Made by a program: the position numbers and the translations under genes. Shown here piece after piece: positions 10,439 to 19,847 of a DNA stretch of 64,000 nucleotides. Under the pieces are notes generated by a model, which did not search any database, was not told where the DNA came from, and was given only the letters and a program-made list of their open reading frames with translations. The stretch comes from an uncultured Bacteroidales bacterium (GTDB lineage: Bacteria > Bacteroidota > Bacteroidia > Bacteroidales > UBA932): NCBI GenBank assembly GCA_944326325.1, contig CALVDQ010000009.1, forward strand, positions 37,556 through 101,555, in the 5' to 3' direction. The number at the start of each line of letters is the position of its first letter. Position 1 is the first letter of the stretch.

Positions 10439-11281
10439 CAGATCCTGGCTGTTTCGGGCTTCCGTAGGTGTGATTCCGGTCCTGTCCTTGAAGAATTTGG
10501 CGAAGTGCGACGGGGTGGTGAACCCGAGATCGTAACTTATTTCCTGTATCGTGGCAGTGCCGGTACGCAGCAATGTCTTGGCTTCCAGTATCGTATAGTC
10601 TTCTATCCACCTTGTCGCCGTCTTGCCGGTGGTTATCTTCAGTATTGCCGACAGGTACTTTGGTGTGATGTTCAGCTTGTCGGCATAGAATTCCACTTTC
10701 CTGTTTTTCCGGAAGTTCTGCCCGACCATTTTGATGAACCTTCCGGTGACCTCATCCTTGTGCCTGGCCCTGCTGCTCCTTTTGTCAGGCGTGTGCAGGA
10801 TGATGTTGCAGGCTTCGAAGAAGAGAATGTCAAGGAACTTGGCCGTTATCTGCTTCTTGAAGAAATTGTCATTTTCATATTCAATGAAGTTCTTCAGGTA
10901 AAAGTGGATCTTCATGCACATCTCCATCTTTTCTTCGGGTATCTTGAGGAACGGCATGCCGTACAGAATCCTGTAGAAATAGAATTTGATTATCCCGTGG
11001 GACAGCTTGTCGAAGATATGTTCCTGGATGGCAATGATGTCCACCTTGAAGTCGCAGCTTTCCTCTATGCAGTAGAAAGGGATGCCCGGGGCGATTGCAA
11101 GGAAAGTATTCTCTTTCATATCATATTCGGCAAAGCGTACGTTGATGCGTGCATGCCCCTTCAGGCAAAGCATGATGATTATCATGTCAGGATAGGAACT
11201 TTTTTTCCTTGATGAAAGGAAGTGGGATATATTGTTGCCGTTGCAAGAGTAGTTGTCGAATATCTTTACCAGATTTTCCAT
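10430..11281 (-). CDS. AraC family transcriptional regulator
   Basis: 283 aa with an N-terminal cupin-like sensor region and a C-terminal double HTH (...ISYDLGFTTPSHFAKFFKDRTGITPTEAR). Its 3' end overlaps the pyrF 3' end by 9 nt (convergent). Confidence 0.9.
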   Translation of the reverse strand: MENLVKIFDNYSCNGNNISHFLSSRKKSSYPDMIIIMLCLKGHARINVRFAEYDMKENTFLAIAPGIPFYCIEESCDFKVDIIAIQEHIFDKLSHGIIKFYFYRILYGMPFLKIPEEKMEMCMKIHFYLKNFIEYENDNFFKKQITAKFLDILFFEACNIILHTPDKRSSRARHKDEVTGRFIKMVGQNFRKNRKVEFYADKLNITPKYLSAILKITTGKTATRWIEDYTILEAKTLLRTGTATIQEISYDLGFTTPSHFAKFFKDRTGITPTEARNSQDLLY

Positions 11282-11300
11282 TTCTGCCGGGAATTTTTTA

Positions 11301-11308
11301 CAAAAATA
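11301..11308 (-). promoter_or_regulatory. -7 box (TATTTTTG on the minus strand) for the AraC-family gene
   Basis: The plus strand reads CAAAAATA, the reverse complement of TAnnTTTG, 20 nt upstream of the minus-strand ATG at 11281. Confidence 0.45.
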
Positions 11309-11314
11309 GGAAAA

Positions 11315-11347
11315 TTATGATATGTTATCGGAGTTTTATGATATGTT
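11315..11347. promoter_or_regulatory. direct repeat TTATGATATGTT x2 (21-bp periodicity), candidate AraC-type operator
   Basis: Identical 12-mers at 11315-11326 and 11336-11347. They lie just upstream of the putative -7 box of the AraC-family gene. Confidence 0.4.
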
Positions 11348-11428
11348 TTTCTATCAAAATTGATAAAATTTGTATCCGTTTTTAGGACACACACACATTC
11401 AATTCTAATATTTTCTTTTCAGGCAGGC

Positions 11429-12832
11429 TCAGGATTGTTCTTTAGCCTGTCTTCTTTTTTTCTCCTGCCATGCTCCGGTCTTGCCGAGTATCTTCGGAAA
11501 GGCGGCGGCGAAGATGCAGACACAGCAGATCGCGGCAGTGGCATCCGCGATACTTTCCGCCGCAAAGACTCCCGTGACACCCCAGAACCGAGGCAGGACT
11601 ATCGCCAGCGGAACAAGGAGTATTACTTTCCGGAGAAGGGCGATGAACAGTGATATCCATGCCTGGCCCAGTGCGATGAACGTGTTTTGGCAGGCTCTCT
11701 GCAGCCCGAATATCACCATTCCCGACAGGAAAAAAGGCATCATCCTGTCCACGCATCCGATCAGTTCGGGGTCGTCCGTGAATGCGGTGGCGACCACGTC
11801 AGGGAAGATGATCATCAGCAGCATCAGTACGGCATTGAAAGAGAACATTATCGTCACCGCGACCCTGAAGCACTCCTTCACGCGTCCCATGTCCCCATGT
11901 CCGTAATTATAGCTTACCACAGGTACAAAACCCTGGGCGAAGCCGGTGAGAGGGGCGCTGCCGAACTGCATCGCACTCTGCATGACGGCAAGGGCGCTGA
12001 CATAGATGTCCCCGAAGTGTTTCAGACCGGTGTTCAGCACAAACCCGACGAGGCTTTCAGTACTTGCCATTATGAAAGGCGATATGCCCAGGCTGAATAC
12101 GGCAAGGATGATCCGTGGCGACGGCCTCATATATTTCTTCTCTATCCTCAGGGTGGCTTTCCCCGAAAGCAGGAATCCGAGCACCCAGACTGCGCTGCAG
12201 GCCTGCGAGATGACTGTAGCTATTGCCGCACCTTTCACTCCCATGTCCAGCACGAAGATAAATACCGGGTCCAGTACAATATTCATCACTGCACCGATGA
12301 GTGTCGAGAGCATCGCGATGCCGGGACGCCCCTGCGTATTGATGAAGGTGTTAAGACCGACGGAAAGCTGCACGAAAACGGTCCCGGCAAGATAGATGGA
12401 CAGGTAATCGGTGGCATAACCTATAGTGTCGGCGGATGCTCCGGTATAAAGGAGGACAGGCTCCATGAAAATGTAGCATACCGCTGAAACTGCAAGGGTA
12501 AAGAACAGCAGGAGCACGAAACCGTTGCCGAGGATCCTGCCTGCCCTCTCCCTGTCCCCTTGTCCGAGAGCAATCGCCGCAAGCGGTGCCCCGCCTCCGC
12601 TGACTATTGCGGAAAACGCTGACACGAGTATGATTACGGATCCGGTGACACCTACTCCTGCAAGGGCGTCCGTGCCTATCCCGGGGATGTGACCTATGTA
12701 TATGCGGTCTATGATGTTGTACAACAGGTTCACGATCTGCGCCGCGACAGCCGGGAAGGCCATCCTCACAACCAGCGGCAGCATCCTGTCGCGGCCTAGC
12801 CGTTCTTCATATCCGTTGTCCGGCTGTGCCAT
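11429..12832 (-). CDS. MATE family efflux transporter
   Basis: 467 aa and about 12 TM helices, with MATE-typical N-terminal blocks. Lies 11 nt downstream of the DPP4 gene on the same strand. Confidence 0.9.
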   Translation of the reverse strand: MAQPDNGYEERLGRDRMLPLVVRMAFPAVAAQIVNLLYNIIDRIYIGHIPGIGTDALAGVGVTGSVIILVSAFSAIVSGGGAPLAAIALGQGDRERAGRILGNGFVLLLFFTLAVSAVCYIFMEPVLLYTGASADTIGYATDYLSIYLAGTVFVQLSVGLNTFINTQGRPGIAMLSTLIGAVMNIVLDPVFIFVLDMGVKGAAIATVISQACSAVWVLGFLLSGKATLRIEKKYMRPSPRIILAVFSLGISPFIMASTESLVGFVLNTGLKHFGDIYVSALAVMQSAMQFGSAPLTGFAQGFVPVVSYNYGHGDMGRVKECFRVAVTIMFSFNAVLMLLMIIFPDVVATAFTDDPELIGCVDRMMPFFLSGMVIFGLQRACQNTFIALGQAWISLFIALLRKVILLVPLAIVLPRFWGVTGVFAAESIADATAAICCVCIFAAAFPKILGKTGAWQEKKRRQAKEQS

Positions 12833-12843
12833 CGTGCCTCCGT

Positions 12844-15015
12844 CTAAAGCAGGAAGGTGTCGAAGTACAGCGTCACCTTATCCATCAGGTGTATCCTGTC
12901 CTTTCCCATGACATTGTGCTGGGCGCAAGGGTAAGGAAAATAATCCACCTGGACGTTGTTCCTGATACATTCCCTGACAAAGTTCAGGCTGTGTTGCCAG
13001 ACGACGACATTGTCCACTGCACCCTGGCAGATCAGGAGCTTTCCTTTCAGGTCCTTAGCCTTGTTGATCAGGCTTGTGGCCTCATATCCTTCCGGATTGA
13101 CGGCAGGATTTCCCATATACCTTTCCCCGTACATCACTTCGTACCATTTCCAGTCAATCACCGGACCTCCGGCCACGGCAACCTTGAACACGTCAGGATA
13201 GTTCGTGATGAGGGAGATAGTCATGAATCCCCCGTAGCTCCATCCGTGTACACCGATCCTGTCCTTGTCAACATAAGGCAGGGAGCACAGCATCTTTATC
13301 CCTTCCATCTGGTCGGCCATCTCTGCCTTTCCGCACCGGCCGTATATCGCCTTTTCGAAATCCGCACCGCGGTTCATGGTGCCCCTGTTGTCCTGCACAT
13401 ATACGATATATCCCCTCTGGGCCATATACATCTCCCATCTTCTCAATTCCCCGAGCCAGGTGTTGCGGACAAGCTGGGAGTGCGGACCTCCATAGACATA
13501 AAGTATAACGGGATATTTTTTTGAGGGGTCGAAACCGGCAGGCTTTATCATCCTGTAATAGTTGTCGTATTTCCCGTCGGCGCTCCTGACTTTCCCGAGA
13601 GATATCTCGCAGAATCTGAAATCCGATACAGGGTTGTGCGAAGTCAGGAGATTGACGCTCCTCTGCCGTCCGTCCGTGCTGCAAAGATCCGCGACATAGG
13701 GGACATCAAGGCTGCTGTAGCAGTCGGTGAAATAACTGCATCCCGGGCTCATGCTGACCTCATGCCATCCTTCTGCGGAAGTCAGACGCGCGGTGCGGCC
13801 GGTCTTGATGTCGATGCTGAACAGGTGGTTCTCTATCGGGGACACCTCGGCAGAGGTATAGTATACCTTCTTTCCGTCGTTTCCGGCGTACATCACATCT
13901 GCCCCTGTCCTGGTGAGCCTGCCGACATTCCCGTCCAGATCGCACAGATAGAGGTTCTTGAAGCCGTCCCTGTTGTCTGTCCTGTATATGAAACGGTCCG
14001 TGCTCCCCTCCAGGAACCATACCGGATCCTGCGGCTCGACGAACCTGTCGTTGTCTTCGGTGAGGACGGTACCGGCAAATTCTCCTGTCGAGGAGCTGTA
14101 TTTGTTGAGCTTCATGTGTTTCTGGCTCCTGTCGAGTACCTGCACGAGAATGAGCCTGTCATCCGGGGTCCATGTGATACCTGTCAGGTACTGGTCATAG
14201 CCGAAGTCGTCGCAGTCAAGGTACACTGTCGTTCCGGAGGCGAAGTCATAGACCCCGAGACGTACATTTTCGGACGACATCCCGGCCATGGGATATTTTA
14301 TTTCGAACAGAGTCCCGGTCCTGGATGTGATGTCCAGCAGCGGGAAGGTGCCGACCGCGCTCTCGTCCTTGCGGTAGAACGCCACCTTCTTTCCGGAAGG
14401 GGAGAGGAAGATGCCTCCGGTGATCCCGAATTCGTTCCGGCTCACATATTGCCCGTAGATGATATTTTTGTCCTCTGACACTGCAACCGGATAGGTGTTG
14501 CCGTAGTTGTCGCAGAAATACAGGCCGTTCCCGAGTGTGTAGGGATGGAACCCCGCTTCGTTGAAGACAAGGTTCGCGACCCCTCCAGGAAGCCGTATCT
14601 TTCCCTTTACCTCCTTTTTCCCCGCATCTATGAGAAAATAAGCCTCCCCGTCAGAGAATATCGCCGTATCGCGTCCGAGCCACTGCACGAATCTGATCCC
14701 CTCATCATCTGAAAAACCTTCAATGTCAGCCGTCCTCATGATTTCCCCGTTCAGCCCTGCAAGCGGGTTTACAGCGTACAGTACCCCGTTCTCATACTTC
14801 GTAAGCTCCGTGCTTCCCGGTCTCCACACCGTCTTCAGCCTTTCGGGGTATAGCTCATATCCGAGTACCGCCTCCTCCATCGTCAGCATCCGCGTCGACA
14901 GGCTGTCCTGCGGCCTTGTCGCGATAACTCCAGGTTGCGCCAGCACTTGTACGCACGCCATTCCTCCGGCCAGTACGGCCAGAAGTTCCGTCCAGAATTT
15001 CTGCATAAGAGTCAA
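12844..15015 (-). CDS. S9 family serine peptidase, dipeptidyl-peptidase IV-like
   Basis: 723 aa with a signal peptide, an N-terminal beta-propeller region, and a C-terminal alpha/beta hydrolase carrying GWSYGG (nucleophile Ser) and a late DNV...H triad context. Confidence 0.9.
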   Translation of the reverse strand: MTLMQKFWTELLAVLAGGMACVQVLAQPGVIATRPQDSLSTRMLTMEEAVLGYELYPERLKTVWRPGSTELTKYENGVLYAVNPLAGLNGEIMRTADIEGFSDDEGIRFVQWLGRDTAIFSDGEAYFLIDAGKKEVKGKIRLPGGVANLVFNEAGFHPYTLGNGLYFCDNYGNTYPVAVSEDKNIIYGQYVSRNEFGITGGIFLSPSGKKVAFYRKDESAVGTFPLLDITSRTGTLFEIKYPMAGMSSENVRLGVYDFASGTTVYLDCDDFGYDQYLTGITWTPDDRLILVQVLDRSQKHMKLNKYSSSTGEFAGTVLTEDNDRFVEPQDPVWFLEGSTDRFIYRTDNRDGFKNLYLCDLDGNVGRLTRTGADVMYAGNDGKKVYYTSAEVSPIENHLFSIDIKTGRTARLTSAEGWHEVSMSPGCSYFTDCYSSLDVPYVADLCSTDGRQRSVNLLTSHNPVSDFRFCEISLGKVRSADGKYDNYYRMIKPAGFDPSKKYPVILYVYGGPHSQLVRNTWLGELRRWEMYMAQRGYIVYVQDNRGTMNRGADFEKAIYGRCGKAEMADQMEGIKMLCSLPYVDKDRIGVHGWSYGGFMTISLITNYPDVFKVAVAGGPVIDWKWYEVMYGERYMGNPAVNPEGYEATSLINKAKDLKGKLLICQGAVDNVVVWQHSLNFVRECIRNNVQVDYFPYPCAQHNVMGKDRIHLMDKVTLYFDTFLL

Positions 15016-15110
15016 TATTGGTTCAGGGTTGCGAAATTACTCAAAAATATTGTTTAATTATCAATTCCTGCTTACATTTATAAATCGAAACACTACGTAT
15101 AACCGCATAA

Positions 15111-16217
15111 TTGATATATTGGATTATGAATCTGGTAAATAAGCTTATCCTGACGATGGCGCTGCTCGCCTCGTCGGCATTATTCAGCAGGACTGAAGCC
15201 TGTACGGGCATCACACTTGTGTCCAAGGACGGAAGCCGCGTCCTTGCCAGGACTTGCGAATGGGGCGGAAGCTTTCTGCAGAGCAGGTATGTTGTAGTCC
15301 CGAGGGGCTACACGCAGAAATCTTTTACCCCGACAGGCGAGAACGGACTTGAATTCACTTCCAGGTACGGTTATGTCGGGATTTCGGTCATGACGGACCA
15401 GTTCGTCACGGAAGGCCTGAACGAGAAGGGCCTTTCGGCCGGGCTGTTCTTTTTCCCCGGTTACGGACAGTATGCGAAATACGAGGAAACTGAAAATGCA
15501 TCCACGTTGGTGGATGTACAGCTTGCTGCCTGGATTCTCGGGAATTTCGCTACTGTTGACGAGGTGATCCGGGCGATTGACAGCGTCAGGGTCGTGGCGC
15601 TGAGTGCCGAGATGCAGACTGCCCACTGGCGCATCTGCGATGCTTCCGGACGGCAGGTTGTCCTCGAGATTGTCGGAGGGGAGCCGCAGTTCCACGAGAA
15701 CAGGCTCGGTGTCCTCACGAACTCTCCGGGCTTCGAGTGGCAGATGACCAACCTGAACAACTATGTCAATCTCTATCCCGGCAACGCGAAGCCAAGCAAG
15801 CTTTCAGGGGATGTCACCCTGTCTTCATTCGGTGCAGGGACAGGTTTCCGGGGGATTCCGGGAGATGTCACCCCTCCGTCCAGGTTCGTAAGGGCTGCGT
15901 TCTACCAGTCCACGGCTCCTCAATATGCCACAGGCTTCGAGACAGTCAAGGAGACATTCCAGATACTCAACAATTTCGATATTCCCATAGGCATCGAGCA
16001 CGCTTCCGGCGACCCTGTTCCGGACAATGTGCCGAGCGCAACGCAGTGGACGACATCCTCCGACCTGCAGGCCCTGCGGTTCTATTACAGGACGGCATGG
16101 AATTCTACGATAAGGTGCATAGACCTGAAATCCATCAATTTCGATAAGGTCCGCTTTACGGCGGAACCTGTGGACAAGGTCCAGGACCAGCCGGTGGAGT
16201 TCATAAAAGTGAGATAA
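15111..16217 (+). CDS. choloylglycine hydrolase family / linear amide C-N hydrolase (Ntn hydrolase; bile salt hydrolase or penicillin V acylase-like), secreted
   Basis: 368 aa. A signal peptide is followed by EA|CTGITL, which places a Cys at the mature N-terminus as in Ntn-hydrolase CBAH proteins. An alternative start is ATG 15126. Confidence 0.85.
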   Translation: MIYWIMNLVNKLILTMALLASSALFSRTEACTGITLVSKDGSRVLARTCEWGGSFLQSRYVVVPRGYTQKSFTPTGENGLEFTSRYGYVGISVMTDQFVTEGLNEKGLSAGLFFFPGYGQYAKYEETENASTLVDVQLAAWILGNFATVDEVIRAIDSVRVVALSAEMQTAHWRICDASGRQVVLEIVGGEPQFHENRLGVLTNSPGFEWQMTNLNNYVNLYPGNAKPSKLSGDVTLSSFGAGTGFRGIPGDVTPPSRFVRAAFYQSTAPQYATGFETVKETFQILNNFDIPIGIEHASGDPVPDNVPSATQWTTSSDLQALRFYYRTAWNSTIRCIDLKSINFDKVRFTAEPVDKVQDQPVEFIKVR

Positions 16218-16241
16218 CGGGCCGGTCGGACGGATCTGGAT

Positions 16242-16967
16242 ATGAAGCTCGTCAGGTTTTCCGAGGCGGCGGCTCCGAGGCCGTTGGTTTTCTTTCTTTC
16301 TGCGGAGGAATATCTTGCCCGAATGTGCGATGAAGAACTCTTTATGGTTTGGCGCGTCCCTCCGACCGTGATTCTTGGAAGGAACCAGGTCATGGAAGCG
16401 GAGGTGGATATGCCGTATTGCCGGCAGGAGGGGATAGAGGTATTCCGCCGTAAGAGCGGGGGCGGCTGCGTCTACGCTGATCCGGGCAACATAATGGTAT
16501 CGGCAGTGGCCGGAGGAAACGACAAGCCGGCACTTTTCGCAAGGTTTATCTCCGGTTTCGCTCATTTCCTCAGGAATCAGGGCTTCGATGCCTGGCCGGA
16601 CGGAAGGAACGATATCATCGTTTCGGGGAGGAAGGTTTCCGGCAGCGCGTTTTACAGTATCGGCAGAAGGAATATCATCCATGCGACCCTCCTGTGCAAT
16701 GTGGATCTGGAGAAGATGCAGCGGGCCATCACCCCTCCTGCGGAGAAGCTCCTGCGCAAGGGTGTGGCATCGGTGAGGCAGAGGGTCGCAAACCTGTCGG
16801 ATTTCGCCCCTGTGGATACGGATGCAATGGAGCGGGCTGTCACCGGAGCTTTCTGCGATGGGGAAAGGACGTTTTCTGTACAGGAGATCCGGGCCGTGGA
16901 GAAGATAATGGAGGGATATCTGGACGAAAAGTTCATTGCCGGACACCGGTCCTCGGGCAAGGATTAG
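16242..16967 (+). CDS. lipoate-protein ligase family protein (catalytic domain only, 241 aa)
   Basis: BPL/LPL catalytic-domain blocks including RRKSGGGCVY and GRKVSGSAFY (conserved Lys). It lacks the about 90-aa C-terminal domain of E. coli-type LplA. Confidence 0.85.
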   Translation: MKLVRFSEAAAPRPLVFFLSAEEYLARMCDEELFMVWRVPPTVILGRNQVMEAEVDMPYCRQEGIEVFRRKSGGGCVYADPGNIMVSAVAGGNDKPALFARFISGFAHFLRNQGFDAWPDGRNDIIVSGRKVSGSAFYSIGRRNIIHATLLCNVDLEKMQRAITPPAEKLLRKGVASVRQRVANLSDFAPVDTDAMERAVTGAFCDGERTFSVQEIRAVEKIMEGYLDEKFIAGHRSSGKD

Positions 16968-16991
16968 CGAACACTTGTTTTACATCATAAT

Positions 16992-18092
16992 ATGGAAACA
17001 CTGAAAAAGACCTGTCTATATGACAGCCATGTGGCCCTGGGAGCTCAGATGAGCCCGTTCGGAGGCTTTGTCATGCCGATCAGCTATACGGACATTGTCC
17101 GGGAGCACAACGCAGTGAGGCAGCATTGCGGAATGTTCGATGTCTCGCACATGGGGGAGATTCTTGTCTCAGGACCGGATGCCACGGATTTCGTCGGGAG
17201 AATTTTCACGAACGACGTTTCGGACCTTCAGCCCGGGAAGATACTTTACGGGATGATGCTCTATCCGGAAGGCGGAGTGGTGGATGACCTTCTTGTCTAC
17301 AGAATGTCCGTCCCGGACACGTATATGCTTGTCGTCAATGCCGCCAACACCGGCAAGGACCTCGGGTGGATCCTGTCTGCCGCAGAAGGATGGGATGTTA
17401 CGGTGGAAGACCTCTCGGAAAGCTACGGACAGATCGCCCTCCAGGGACCGGAGTCGGAAAGAGTGGCTGCCGGTGTGTTCGGAGCCGACTTTTCCGGCCT
17501 TGCCTTCTATACATTCACGGAAACCTTGTTCGATGGGGAAAAAGTGATAGTCAGCAGGACCGGATACACCGGGGAGGACGGTTTCGAATTCTATTCCACG
17601 CCTGAGGCCACAAGGAAGATCTGGGCAGCGCTTCTTGCGGCCGGGGTGCCTCCGTGCGGTCTCGGCTGCCGTGACACCCTGCGTTTCGAGGTAGGGCTGC
17701 CTCTTTACGGGCATGAACTCGGTCCGGACATATCACCTCTCGAAGCCGGTCTCGGAATGTTCGTGAAGACACAGGGACACGACTTCATCGGCAAGGCCGC
17801 TTTCGAGGCTCTGAAGGAATCCGGACCGGAACGCAGGCTGGTCGGGATCGAGCTCGCGGACAAGGCCATACCGAGAGCCGGCTACCCTGTCGAAGCCGAC
17901 GGGACGGTGATCGGGGAGGTGACCACGGGATACAATTCCATCTCCACGGGCAAAAGCGTCTGCATGGCCTTTGTCCGCCGGCCTTATTCGGCGGAAGGTA
18001 CGCAGGTCGGTATCAGGATAAGGAAGAAGGTCTTCCCCGGCACGGTCTGCAAAAAACGTTTCTACGGCAAGAAATACCATATAACCAAATAA
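16992..18092 (+). CDS. gcvT: glycine cleavage system aminomethyltransferase (T protein)
   Basis: 366 aa with the FDVSHMGE motif and a typical folate-binding T-protein layout. Confidence 0.96.
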   Translation: METLKKTCLYDSHVALGAQMSPFGGFVMPISYTDIVREHNAVRQHCGMFDVSHMGEILVSGPDATDFVGRIFTNDVSDLQPGKILYGMMLYPEGGVVDDLLVYRMSVPDTYMLVVNAANTGKDLGWILSAAEGWDVTVEDLSESYGQIALQGPESERVAAGVFGADFSGLAFYTFTETLFDGEKVIVSRTGYTGEDGFEFYSTPEATRKIWAALLAAGVPPCGLGCRDTLRFEVGLPLYGHELGPDISPLEAGLGMFVKTQGHDFIGKAAFEALKESGPERRLVGIELADKAIPRAGYPVEADGTVIGEVTTGYNSISTGKSVCMAFVRRPYSAEGTQVGIRIRKKVFPGTVCKKRFYGKKYHITK

Positions 18093-18487
18093 TGACAACA
18101 ATGAGCAGGATACTTGAAGGTTTGCTTTACAGCGAATCGCACGAATGGGTAAAGACCGACGGCGGCATCGCTACGGTAGGGATTACGGATTTCGCACAGA
18201 AATCCATGGGCAATATCGTATATGTGGATATGCCTGAAGAGGATGACGAGGTTTCACAGGACGAGGAGTTCGGGGCTGTGGAGAGTGTGAAGGCTGCCAG
18301 TGACCTGTATTCCCCGGTCTCCGGGGTCGTGGTCGGGCGCAATTCCGCACTTGACGATGAACCCGGACTGCTGAACAGCGACCCGTATGCCAACTGGATA
18401 ATCAAGGTGCGCATGACGGATCCTTCCGAGACAGGAAATCTCATGGATGCGGCCGCATACACCGCCTTCCTCGAGAAGCAGGCGTAA
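18092..18487 (+). CDS. gcvH: glycine cleavage system H protein (lipoyl carrier)
   Basis: 131 aa with the lipoyl-lysine motif VESVKAASDLYSP. Its start overlaps the gcvT stop by 1 nt. Confidence 0.96.
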   Translation: MTTMSRILEGLLYSESHEWVKTDGGIATVGITDFAQKSMGNIVYVDMPEEDDEVSQDEEFGAVESVKAASDLYSPVSGVVVGRNSALDDEPGLLNSDPYANWIIKVRMTDPSETGNLMDAAAYTAFLEKQA

Positions 18488-18511
18488 GTACGACAGCAGA
18501 CGTTTTGCGAT

Positions 18512-19837
18512 ATGGGATTTGCATATTTTCCTCATACAGATGAGGATATAGCTGCCATGCTCGGACGCTCGGGCCTGTCTTCCATGGACAGTCTCTTTTC
18601 CGACGTGCCGGAGGATGTCCTTTTCAAAGGCGGATTCAACATCCCTGATGCCATGTCCGAGCTCGAAGTGAGGAGGAAGTTCGAAGAACTGGCTTCCGCC
18701 AATGTCAGACTGAAGGTTTTTGCCGGAGGCGGGGCGTACGACCACTATTCGCCGGCTGTGGCCAAGGAGGTCGTTTCCCGCCCGGAATACCTGACGTCCT
18801 ATACTCCTTACCAGGCCGAGGTCTCACAGGGGACCCTCAGGTACATATTCGAGTTCCAGACCATGATGTCCGAACTCACCGGTCTCGGTTGCTCAAATGC
18901 ATCAATGTATGACGGACCGGTTTCCGCTGCCGAAGCCCTGCTGATGACTGTGGCCTGCACAAGAAAGAAAAGCCGGGTCCTGGTTTCCGCTACACTGCTC
19001 CCGCAGGTGCTGGATGTAGTGAGGACCTACATGAAATTCCACGGTGTCGGACTGACCGTGATTCCGGAATCTGACGGAACCACGGATGCCGCGGCCATGG
19101 AAAAGGAACTGGCTTCAGGGGATGTCGCCGGAGTCCTGGTTCCCGGGATAAACCGCTACGGCATCATCGAGGACCTGGACGGCTTTGCGGATTCTGTCCA
19201 TTCTGTCAAGGCTCTCCTCGCAGTATATTCCGACCCTTCCGCCCTGGCTGTCATAAAGTCTCCCGGGGAGTGGGGTGCCGACATAGCCTGCGGCGATGCC
19301 CAGACGCTCGGGATTCCCCTGAATTTCGGAGGACCGTACCTCGGATTCCTGTGCTGCAGGAAAGAATATGTGCGCAAGCTGCCTGGAAGAATAGCGGGGG
19401 AGACCGTTGATGCTGACGGCAGGAGGTGTTATGTCCTGACGTTGCAGGCACGCGAGCAGCATATCCGCAGGGAAAAGGCAACGAGCAACATCTGCTCAAA
19501 CCAGTCTCTGATGGCCCTCTATGCCACTGTTTACCTTTCGCTTATGGGACCGGAAGGTCTCAGGCAAGTGAACCGCCTTTCCTATGGCGGAGCGCATTAT
19601 CTTCATGACCGTCTGCTTGAAACAGGATTGTTTTCTGAATTCTGTTCCAAGCCATTCTTGAAAGAATTCGTTCTCCGCTCATCAATCCCTCCGGAAAAGC
19701 TCCATACCGCTCTGGCGGAGCACGGATATTTCGCCGGCCTGCCATGCGGAGCGGATACCGTGTCCTTCTGCGTCACGGAAAACAGGACCAGGGAGGAGGC
19801 GGACGGTCTTGTCTCCGTCATAAAGAAACTTGTTTAA
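18512..19837 (+). CDS. gcvPA: glycine dehydrogenase (decarboxylating) subunit 1
   Basis: 441 aa with N-terminal P-protein half blocks ([19 protein letters not shown]). Confidence 0.94.
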   Translation: MGFAYFPHTDEDIAAMLGRSGLSSMDSLFSDVPEDVLFKGGFNIPDAMSELEVRRKFEELASANVRLKVFAGGGAYDHYSPAVAKEVVSRPEYLTSYTPYQAEVSQGTLRYIFEFQTMMSELTGLGCSNASMYDGPVSAAEALLMTVACTRKKSRVLVSATLLPQVLDVVRTYMKFHGVGLTVIPESDGTTDAAAMEKELASGDVAGVLVPGINRYGIIEDLDGFADSVHSVKALLAVYSDPSALAVIKSPGEWGADIACGDAQTLGIPLNFGGPYLGFLCCRKEYVRKLPGRIAGETVDADGRRCYVLTLQAREQHIRREKATSNICSNQSLMALYATVYLSLMGPEGLRQVNRLSYGGAHYLHDRLLETGLFSEFCSKPFLKEFVLRSSIPPEKLHTALAEHGYFAGLPCGADTVSFCVTENRTREEADGLVSVIKKLV

Positions 19838-19847
19838 CGAGAATCCG

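Noticed and set aside
15825-16946. 373-aa minus-strand ORF spanning the hydrolase/lipoate-ligase junction. Similar long antisense ORFs occur at 22357-23223, 23492-24466, 24427-25317, 37726-38580, 38642-39814, 40917-41660, 41754-42599, 44599-45429, 47217-48077, 50550-51470, 58804-59649 and 62283-63191.
   Set aside because: Each lies opposite a confidently identified gene, often crosses gene boundaries, and has an Arg/Gly/Pro/His-rich composition. I treat them as non-coding shadow frames.
15016-16991. Searched for a glycine riboswitch upstream of the gcv genes
   Set aside because: The spacers before lplA-like and gcvT are only 24 nt. The 95-nt region upstream of the hydrolase gene is A/T-rich and lacks the conserved GGAGAG…CACCG-type cores as far as I can see. 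An Infernal scan would be needed for a definitive answer.
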